Shown here: positions 9,996-16,977 of the stretch, piece by piece
Layout: each line of letters opens with the position of its first letter
How positions within the stretch are numbered: position 1 is the first letter of the stretch
Origin: Methanococcus maripaludis
Lineage (GTDB): Archaea > AGJL01 > Methanococci > Methanococcales > Methanococcaceae
Length of the DNA: 32,000 nt
Direction: 5' to 3'
NCBI RefSeq assembly: GCF_002945325.1
Contig: NZ_CP026606.1
Span: 420,001-452,000, forward strand
The notes under the pieces: generated by a model
The model's database searches: none
Seen by the model: the letters and a program-made list of their open reading frames with translations, nothing else
What the model was told of the DNA's origin: nothing
Made by a program: the position numbers and the translations under genes

Positions 9996-10599
9996 TTAAA
10001 ATTACCTCGTGGTAATTCTGGTGTCCAAAAACTGGAAATCCGGTTAATTTAGCCTGTTCTACCATATGGTCATTGGAGTTTAAAAAATAGTCGATTTCAA
10101 CTGCGACTATACTTAATGGATATATCGACCTGCATTCCGCTTTTGCCTTTGCGTATTCGAGTTTCTGGTTTATTTCTTCTCGATATCTTTTTTGTAAGTC
10201 GGGATCTTCAAATGAATGAATTACAACCATCAAATCAATGTCACTGCCTTCTGTTTCTTTTTTTCTTGAAGCGGAACCAAAAAGAATCATAAAATCGATT
10301 TCTTTTGGGAAATTTTCTAAAAAATCCAATATCGGGGCTCTCACATTTCTATGTAACTTCCAAAATCGCTCATCATCGATTTCTGAAAATTTAAAAACTG
10401 TTTTTTTAGTATTTTTCAAAATGTAATATGCGTTTGATTTTTCTTTTAACTTTAAAATCTGCTTTTCAGATTCTAATTTTTTCAAAGCATTTTGAAGTGA
10501 ACTGTTTGAAAGTCCAGTGAGTTCTTTTAATTCGCTAAAATATAATTTATTTTCACTTTTTGTGTAGTATGCCCGGTATAATTTGTCTAAAGCATTCAT
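9982..10599 (-). CDS. Winged-HTH plus minimal nucleotidyltransferase (MNT) domain protein
   Basis: N-terminal wHTH (YFSELKELTGLSNSSLQNALKKLESEKQILK) followed by FMILFGSASRKKETEGSDIDLMVV nucleotidyltransferase motif. Confidence 0.87.
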   Translation of the reverse strand: MNALDKLYRAYYTKSENKLYFSELKELTGLSNSSLQNALKKLESEKQILKLKEKSNAYYILKNTKKTVFKFSEIDDERFWKLHRNVRAPILDFLENFPKEIDFMILFGSASRKKETEGSDIDLMVVIHSFEDPDLQKRYREEINQKLEYAKAKAECRSIYPLSIVAVEIDYFLNSNDHMVEQAKLTGFPVFGHQNYHEVILNVKR

Positions 10600-10633
10600 A
10601 ACTTTTGATTATATTTTTAAGTATATATAATTT

Positions 10634-10668
10634 ACCAATTTTTGGCAACATGTCACCAATTTTTGGCA
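10634..10668. promoter_or_regulatory. Tandem operator-like repeats upstream of the MNT-HEPN operon
   Basis: ACCAATTTTTGGCA occurs at 10634-10647 and 10655-10668, exactly 21 bp apart; each core CCAATTTTTGG is near-palindromic, next to an AT-rich TATA-like stretch in front of ATG 10599(-). Confidence 0.6.
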
Positions 10669-10830
10669 TAACACTGTCATACGGTGTAAAATTAGATATA
10701 CGATAAATTAGTCCCCCAATTAAAAATTTCGATATATTTATATACTGAAATTGCAATGCGTTATAATCTAAAAAAATAAACTTCGTATTTAATGTAAAAC
10801 GATGCGTAACTTCTGGGAGGGCACCATTAT

Positions 10831-12489
10831 ATGAAAATTAATAATAATTTAAATTATGAAAACCTGAAAAACGACTTATTTGCAGGGTTTACCATTGCAA
10901 TAGTTGCACTGCCTCTTGCAATGGCTTTTGCAATAGCTTCAGGAGTTTCACCTGAAAAAGGTTTATTTACAGCAATAATCGCAGGTCTTCTAATTTCTGT
11001 TTTCGGGGGAAGTAAATATCAAATAGGGGGGCCTACGGGAGCTTTTGTAGTAATACTTTATGGAATCATAGCTACATACGGCTATGAAGGTCTTGTAATC
11101 GCTACATTAATGGCAGGCGTTATTTTAATCGTCATGGGATTGTTAAAACTTGGAAACATTATAAAATTTATTCCATATCCTGTAACAATGGGATTTACAT
11201 CAGGAATTGCGTTAATAATTTTTTCTACGCAAGTGAAAGATTTTTTTGGACTCTCAATAACAAACGTTCCTGCAACATTTCTAGGCCAGTGGATTACGTA
11301 TGCTACAAATATTCAGTTATTAAATCCATACGCACTGTTCATTTCAATATTATCGTTAGTTATTCTTACAAAATCAAAAAAAGTATTTTCGAAAATCCCT
11401 TCTCCAATAATCGCAATAATTGTTGGAATTGTTTTAGTTTATACATTTAATTTACCTGTTGAAACGATTGAATCTAAATTTGGACAGATTCCAAACAGCA
11501 TTCCACTTCCAAGTCTTCCTGAACTGAACTTTCAAAAAATGGAACTTTTATTTCCAAGTGCACTTTCTATCGCATTTTTAGGAGCAATAGAATCATTAAT
11601 GTGCGCTGTTGTTGCAGACGGTATGACCGGATATAAACACAATTCAAATAAAGAATTGGTTGGACAAGGAATTGCAAATATTGGGTCAGTATTGTTTGGA
11701 GGAATTCCTGCAACAGGAGCACTTGCACGTACTGCAACAAATATTAAAGCTGGAGCTACATCAAGATTATCTGGAATAATCCATTCAATAATGTTATTTT
11801 TATTTATGCTTTTGTTATCACCATTAATTTTAAAAATCCCCCTTGCTACACTTTCTGCAATACTTGTAGTTGTAGCATGGAACATGGCTGAAGTAAAACA
11901 CTTTAAATCGATACTATTTAAATCCCCAAAAAGAGATAGAATCGTTTTACTCGTTACATTTCTGCTCACAATCTTCGTAAATTTAAATACGGCAATACAG
12001 ATTGGAATGCTTCTTGCAGTGATTGTATTCATGCAGCGATTAATTGAAGTTAGCGAAATTTCTAACTTAAAAACCGTTCCACAGGAAGAAGATCCATATT
12101 CAATAACTTTAAAAGATGTTCCACCATGTATTGAAGTTTACGAAATAAACGGACCGTTTTTCTTCGGAATTGCGGATAAATTTAAAAGTACATTGAACGT
12201 CGTTGCCAAAAGAAAACCTTCTGCAATAATTCTTCGTATGCGAAATGTCCCAATAATTGATTCGACGGGAATAAAAAATCTCGAAGAATTCATCGAATCG
12301 TCTAAAATTCAAAATATATCGCTGATTATTTCTGGTGCAGACTATAAATTAAGAACTAAATTTGAAAAATACGGCCTTACTGATAAAATTGGTAATGAAA
12401 ATATCTGCGAAAATATCGATTTAGCACTTGTTCGTGCAAGAGAAATAATAAAGATAAAACACCCTGAAACTGGTTTATGTCCAAAATAA
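10831..12489 (+). CDS. SulP-family anion permease with C-terminal STAS domain
   Basis: 552 aa; FAGFTIAIVALPLAMAFAIASGVSPEKGLFTAIIAGL, GGPTGAFVVILYGI, STAS region IDSTGIKNLEEFIESS. Confidence 0.95.
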   Translation: MKINNNLNYENLKNDLFAGFTIAIVALPLAMAFAIASGVSPEKGLFTAIIAGLLISVFGGSKYQIGGPTGAFVVILYGIIATYGYEGLVIATLMAGVILIVMGLLKLGNIIKFIPYPVTMGFTSGIALIIFSTQVKDFFGLSITNVPATFLGQWITYATNIQLLNPYALFISILSLVILTKSKKVFSKIPSPIIAIIVGIVLVYTFNLPVETIESKFGQIPNSIPLPSLPELNFQKMELLFPSALSIAFLGAIESLMCAVVADGMTGYKHNSNKELVGQGIANIGSVLFGGIPATGALARTATNIKAGATSRLSGIIHSIMLFLFMLLLSPLILKIPLATLSAILVVVAWNMAEVKHFKSILFKSPKRDRIVLLVTFLLTIFVNLNTAIQIGMLLAVIVFMQRLIEVSEISNLKTVPQEEDPYSITLKDVPPCIEVYEINGPFFFGIADKFKSTLNVVAKRKPSAIILRMRNVPIIDSTGIKNLEEFIESSKIQNISLIISGADYKLRTKFEKYGLTDKIGNENICENIDLALVRAREIIKIKHPETGLCPK

Positions 12490-12521
12490 TTCGTTTTGGA
12501 AATATAAAAAAGAAATAAAAA

Positions 12522-12604
12522 GTATGCCTACCGTTTAAAAAACAGTCAATGGTGCACGGCATACTTCGTGTTTCGACCGAAAAACTGGTTATGGATCTGT
12601 GACG
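12522..12604 (+). ncRNA. Candidate structured noncoding RNA (strand uncertain)
   Basis: GTATGCC-TACCGTT (12522-12535) pairs with AATGGTG-CAC-GGCATAC (12548-12564): 14 bp with one 3-nt bulge. 37 of 83 nt are G/C in an otherwise AT-rich 411-bp intergenic gap. Confidence 0.45.
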
Positions 12605-12659
12605 TTTTAGGCCAATATTTATTTAAAGAACTAATGTTCCCTTAAACTCCCCAATATAC

Positions 12660-12680
12660 CCCAGAAAAATTAATTCTGGG
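12660..12680. promoter_or_regulatory. Short perfect inverted repeat, hairpin or operator
   Basis: CCCAGAA-aaattaa-TTCTGGG. Confidence 0.3.
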
Positions 12681-12912
12681 ATAATATAAATTTTCTATGA
12701 TGTAATATATATTATTTTGGGGATTAAAGTTAATAAAAACGGAATAAAATGGATATATTTTAAAAAAATCAATAAATAGCGTTTTAATTTAAATATATTC
12801 TAAATTTGTTTAGAAGTAATGTCTCTTGAAAAACAATTAGACATATATACCTCCTAAAAAATAGAATTAAGTAAGCTATTCTGATTAAAACAAGTATTTT
12901 TTGGGGGAAGTT

Positions 12913-13134
12913 ATGTTTAAAAAATTATATTCAAAAAAAGGACAAGTTTCAATGGAAATGGGAATCTTGGTTGCGTCTGCAGTTGCAGTTGCAGCAATTG
13001 CAAGCTATTTTTATGCAGTAAATGTTAAATATTCGGATACACATGCTGGCAAAACTGCAAAAAATACAAGTGATGCCCTTATAAACGTTACAGAAAATGT
13101 TTGTGGCAACATTTCTGAAATAACTATTCCATAA
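12913..13134 (+). CDS. Class III signal-peptide (type IV pilin-like) protein
   Basis: MFKKLYSKKGQVSMEMGILVASAVAVAAIASYFYAV: QxSxE motif after basic leader followed by hydrophobic segment; Shine-Dalgarno-like gggggaa upstream. Confidence 0.85.
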   Translation: MFKKLYSKKGQVSMEMGILVASAVAVAAIASYFYAVNVKYSDTHAGKTAKNTSDALINVTENVCGNISEITIP

Positions 13135-13135
13135 A

Positions 13136-13771
13136 TTATAATTTATTTAATTTTACTTTTTTACTTATTCCATGTTCATACCTTAAAACTATTCCCCTAA
13201 CTTCTAAATCACTTAAAGTTCTTGAAAGGGTTGATTTTGGAATTTTTGTTCTTTCAAACAGTTCACTCTGCGTCATTTCCCCGTGATCCATTAATATTTT
13301 TACAATTGTTTTTTCGTTTCCTTTTAAAATTTTAATAAAATTTTCCATTCTTAATTTTTCTTCGTTTTCGGTTGTTTTTAAGTCATTTCCCACTTCAAAA
13401 TTAGCGTTTGAAATTTCGTCAGTATTTCCATTAATTTTATCGTCTACCTTTGAAGACACTATTTTTCCAATATGCTCGTTTAAATCACTTAAATCTATTT
13501 TATTAACATTATTTTTCTCTGAAAGCTCTAAATCGCGAACTGTAAAGTAAATTAAAGTTGTACTTAAACATAAAGAAAATGATGCTAAAACCATTAACAT
13601 GCAATCGTAGAGAGTGTACACGTTAGGAACTTCTTGAACATACGTGGTGTCCCCTTGAACTATTACCTGAACTGTTGGCGGATATAGAAATTTAGAGGTT
13701 AATACTATCACTGAAACGATAAATATCAGCACATATATGGCTATTTTAACTTTTGAACTCATAAATTTCAC
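13136..13771 (-). CDS. Membrane-anchored transcriptional regulator, two TM plus C-terminal MarR-like wHTH
   Basis: Hydrophobic segments VKIAIYVLIFIVSVIVLTS and LYDCMLMVLASFSLCLSTTLIYF, then ILMDHGEMTQSELFERTKIPKSTLSRTLSDLEVRGIVLR. Confidence 0.82.
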   Translation of the reverse strand: MKFMSSKVKIAIYVLIFIVSVIVLTSKFLYPPTVQVIVQGDTTYVQEVPNVYTLYDCMLMVLASFSLCLSTTLIYFTVRDLELSEKNNVNKIDLSDLNEHIGKIVSSKVDDKINGNTDEISNANFEVGNDLKTTENEEKLRMENFIKILKGNEKTIVKILMDHGEMTQSELFERTKIPKSTLSRTLSDLEVRGIVLRYEHGISKKVKLNKL

Positions 13772-13775
13772 ACAA

Positions 13776-14501
13776 TTAGTTTACGGGCCTGCCCATTTTG
13801 AAAACTTTCCTTTCGGTAATATCCACCATTACCACGTATTTAGAACCATCTTCAATATCCAGTAGAACCATTGCATATGTTGCATTCTGGATATTTTTAT
13901 TGCTTAAATAAACCATGTCTTGAATAGTTATATTGTAATTCTTATTTTTTATAATTTGAGCTGTTTTTTGGTCATTGGATAATATTTCTCGAACTGTTTT
14001 TACATCATTATCTGTAAATCCAGTAGCTTTAATTTCTGAATATTCACCATTTTGTTCAACAACCATTGTTTTGGCCTTAAATTCAAACGTTGTGTAATTT
14101 TGTATCATATTAACTTTATTTTCTTTGACATCTACAATTACATATATTAACGTCTCATTTTTAGCTAAAAGAACTCCCTTAAAATTTTCACCATATTCTT
14201 CAAAATCTTCTTTTAATAACATGGTGCCTGGTGCAAGCCAGTAGCCCTCGGACAAATAACCTGAAACCGTTTCATTTGATACAGCAATTTCAATCGCGCG
14301 GTTTTGGTCATCACTTAAAGCAGGATTTCCTTGAGGATAAGGGTTAAATTCAGTAGTATTTGGTTTATCTTCAAAACCATGTGCAATAAATATATCATCT
14401 TCGACAAGCACTGAGTCAAACGGCTTCATTACTCCTATTGCAATCCCGATAATTGTCAGTACTAAAAATATAATTAAAATTCGTTTCATGATACCAACCA
14501 T
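13776..14501 (-). CDS. Signal-peptide or membrane-anchored extracytoplasmic hypothetical protein
   Basis: N-terminal MKRILIIFLVLTIIGIAIGVM then soluble domain; 4-nt gap to the regulator gene suggests an operon. Confidence 0.75.
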   Translation of the reverse strand: MVGIMKRILIIFLVLTIIGIAIGVMKPFDSVLVEDDIFIAHGFEDKPNTTEFNPYPQGNPALSDDQNRAIEIAVSNETVSGYLSEGYWLAPGTMLLKEDFEEYGENFKGVLLAKNETLIYVIVDVKENKVNMIQNYTTFEFKAKTMVVEQNGEYSEIKATGFTDNDVKTVREILSNDQKTAQIIKNKNYNITIQDMVYLSNKNIQNATYAMVLLDIEDGSKYVVMVDITERKVFKMGRPVN

Positions 14502-14541
14502 TCTTTAAGTTATCTAACAATTGTATTGTCCAAACAGTATA

Positions 14542-14574
14542 ATTATTTGATGTGGAACGCCTGTTCCAAATAAT
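14542..14574. promoter_or_regulatory. Compound palindrome upstream of the 13776-14501 gene
   Basis: ATTATT-tgatg-TGGAAC-gcct-GTTCCA-AATAAT: two nested inverted-repeat arms just upstream of the minus-strand start. Confidence 0.4.
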
Positions 14575-14838
14575 GGAATAGTTCATTTTAATAGTATAGT
14601 ATATAAATGCCCGTTCATGATCCTTTCAAAATTTGGGAAATTTTTTTTGAAAAATTTTGAAATTATATTTTATAATTAAACATTATTAGTTTTTTTTAAT
14701 TTAAAAAGTTTAAACAATTTTTTAATTACTTTAAAGGATAATATAATACTATTTTTAAAAAATAATTCTTCAAAAGCTTTAGAATACCGTTTCATAATCT
14801 GGAATTGCTGTTTCAAAATACGTTCTTATGCTGTTCCC

Positions 14839-14999
14839 GAGTTAGGTTAGTTGAAAGTAATTGTGAGAACACTTACTTTCAAACCTAATTGTTTGGGGAT
14901 TCAATTAGGTTTATGGAATTATTAGATCCCAATAATTCCTAACTTAAAATTTACCCGAAATATAGTTTCCAAATAGTGCCCTTTGGAAATTAAATAGGG
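14839..14999 (+). ncRNA. Candidate structured 5' leader (multi-helix junction plus hairpin near the ribosome-binding region)
   Basis: Outer stem GAGTTA/TAACTT encloses three hairpins (TTGAAAGTAA/TTACTTTCAA; CCTAATTG/CAATTAGG; GGAATTATT/AATAATTCC); a fourth hairpin TTTCCAAA/TTTGGAAA lies just before AGGG 14996-14999 and ATG 15005. Confidence 0.55.
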
Positions 15000-15004
15000 A
15001 AAAC

Positions 15005-15463
15005 ATGAACAATGATCTGAAAAAAGTTACTGGAGCCATTCTTATGGTTATCACACTTGTCCCTTATTGTATGGCTATGGACGAACAAACTTCTGAAAAC
15101 TCCAGTGGTATATTTAATAACATATTATCATGGTTGAAGTCAGCACTTGGAACTAATAATCATCTTGAACTTGAAAAAGTTGAACTTGAAAATACGTCCA
15201 AAAATCTGTCAATGATGCCTGAACCAAATAATTCTAAAATGAATAATAGTACGCCTGAAATTATTAACAATACACCTGAAAACATAACGAATAAAACACG
15301 AAATACCCCAAATAATATGCCTGAAAATTTCAATGAATACGTGCCAGAACAGAGAAATATGTCAGGTATGCCTGAAAACGTTAATAACACGAAATACCCA
15401 CCCCAAATTCCTGAAAATTTTGAAAATAACACCCCGATTGAAATAATGCCAAATAACGAATAA
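15005..15463 (+). CDS. Secreted low-complexity Asn/Pro/Glu-rich protein
   Basis: 152 aa; signal-like VTGAILMVITLVPYCMAMD, then repeated N-T-PEN/MPEN motifs. Confidence 0.72.
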   Translation: MNNDLKKVTGAILMVITLVPYCMAMDEQTSENSSGIFNNILSWLKSALGTNNHLELEKVELENTSKNLSMMPEPNNSKMNNSTPEIINNTPENITNKTRNTPNNMPENFNEYVPEQRNMSGMPENVNNTKYPPQIPENFENNTPIEIMPNNE

Positions 15464-15493
15464 AAACCTTAAAAATCATGAAAGAAGTATAAG

Positions 15494-16078
15494 GTGCAGA
15501 TTGTGAGAAAAATCATACTTGGAATATTAATGGTTCTTGGACTTGTTTCAGTATCCTTTGCCGCATCAGAATTTATGGATATGGGAAAACAAGGACCCAG
15601 TATACTGTGTCCAATCGACTTCCAGAACATGACGACTGAAGAGATTCAGGATGCTCTTGAAGAACAGCTTGCTGATCTTGAAGATGAATATGCTTCTTGT
15701 GAAGACGAACAATTAAGGACTAGAATTCAGGAAAGAATCGAGATGACTCAAGGTTTGATTGATGATCCTGAAAAACTCGAAGAAATGATAACTAATATGC
15801 CTGAAGGAATGCCTGAAAGAAAAGAAAATGGTTTTAAAATCGACTTCCAGAACATGACGACTGAAGAGATTCAGGATGCTCTTGAAGAACAGCTTGCTGA
15901 TCTTGAAGATGAATATGCTTCTTGTGAAGACGAACAATTAAGGACTAGAATTCAGGAAAGAATCGAGATGACTCAAGGTTTGATTGATGATCCTGAAAAA
16001 CTCGAAGAAATGATAACTAATATGCCTGAAGGAATGCCTGAAAGAAAAGGAGAATGCCAAAAAGCTAACTTTGAATAA
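15494..16078 (+). CDS. Secreted protein with two identical acidic helical repeats
   Basis: Signal peptide IILGILMVLGLVSVSFAAS, then two copies of IDFQNMTTEEIQDALEEQLADLEDEYASCEDEQLRTRIQERIEMTQGLIDDPEKLEEMITNMPEGMPERK. GTG start. Confidence 0.85.
   Translation: MQIVRKIILGILMVLGLVSVSFAASEFMDMGKQGPSILCPIDFQNMTTEEIQDALEEQLADLEDEYASCEDEQLRTRIQERIEMTQGLIDDPEKLEEMITNMPEGMPERKENGFKIDFQNMTTEEIQDALEEQLADLEDEYASCEDEQLRTRIQERIEMTQGLIDDPEKLEEMITNMPEGMPERKGECQKANFE
15614..16049 (+). repeat. Perfect 211-bp direct duplication, period 225 bp
   Basis: 15614-15824 and 15839-16049 are identical at every base when read side by side. Confidence 0.95.
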
Positions 16079-16145
16079 CTAACACCCCCAAAACGAAACT
16101 AAAATAATATCCATATCTTTTAATTTTTTAAAAAGCGTGATAAAA

Positions 16146-16268
16146 ATGATTAGATTACTGCTCCCCCTGATAATGGTATTCTTAATCATATTTGGAATGA
16201 TTTCATTAGTCAATTTAAAAAAAGAATCTAAAAATATGATTAGTCGTATGGAAAAAATTTCCAAGTGA
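16146..16268 (+). CDS. Putative 40-aa single-TM microprotein
   Basis: MIRLLLPLIMVFLIIFGMISLVNLKKESKNMISRMEKISK; ends 4 nt before the ABC ATPase start at 16273; absent from the supplied ORF track because of its length. Confidence 0.55.
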   Translation: MIRLLLPLIMVFLIIFGMISLVNLKKESKNMISRMEKISK

Positions 16269-16272
16269 AAAT

Positions 16273-16977
16273 ATGTACAAAATTATAAGCCTTGAAGATG
16301 TTTGGAAAATCTACCAGATGGGCGAAGTTGAGGTTCAGGCCCTGAAAGGAGTTTCTCTTGATGTAAATAAAGGTGATTTCGTCGCAATTGTTGGATCATC
16401 AGGTTCTGGAAAATCGACCATGATGAATATGATAGGATGCCTTGATGTGCCAACAAAAGGCGACGTTTACCTTAAATCTAAAAATATTTCGAATATGACT
16501 GAATCTGAACTATCTGAACTTCGTGGAAAAACCATTGGGTTTGTATTTCAGCAGTATAATTTAATTCCAAACATGACAGCACTTGAAAATGTGCTTTTAC
16601 CATTACAAATACAGGAAGTAAATGATTCTACTGCAGAAAGATCTGCAGAACGAGCATTAAAACAGGTTGGCCTTGAAGACAGGATGAACAACAAACCATC
16701 ACAGCTTTCAGGAGGTCAGCAACAGCGAGTATCAATTGCAAGAGCGTTAGCATGTGACCCTGAAATAATTCTTGCAGATGAACCTACAGGAGCGCTCGAC
16801 AGTGCGACAGGTAAAGAAATTATAAATTTATTCACTGCCCTCTGGGAAAGTGGAAAAACAATTATTATGATTACACACGATCAAAAACTTGCAAAATACG
16901 CAAAAACGATTGTTGAATTAAAAGACGGAAAAATTATAAATATAATTGATAACAAGCCGAATGCGGTTCATGAGTGA
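16273..16977 (+). CDS. ABC transporter ATP-binding protein (LolD/MacB-like family)
   Basis: Walker A GSSGSGKST, signature LSGGQQQR, Walker B IILADEPTGALDS. Confidence 0.96.
   Translation: MYKIISLEDVWKIYQMGEVEVQALKGVSLDVNKGDFVAIVGSSGSGKSTMMNMIGCLDVPTKGDVYLKSKNISNMTESELSELRGKTIGFVFQQYNLIPNMTALENVLLPLQIQEVNDSTAERSAERALKQVGLEDRMNNKPSQLSGGQQQRVSIARALACDPEIILADEPTGALDSATGKEIINLFTALWESGKTIIMITHDQKLAKYAKTIVELKDGKIINIIDNKPNAVHE

Noticed and set aside
11532-12562. Minus-strand ORFs 11532-12032, 12109-12312 and 12377-12562
   Set aside because: Opposite the clear SulP permease gene; the last also crosses the candidate hairpin RNA but has no protein signature.
15160-15937. Minus-strand ORFs over the secreted repeat proteins
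   Set aside because: Low-complexity shadows of the plus-strand coding sequences, which have signal peptides and ribosome-binding-like sites.
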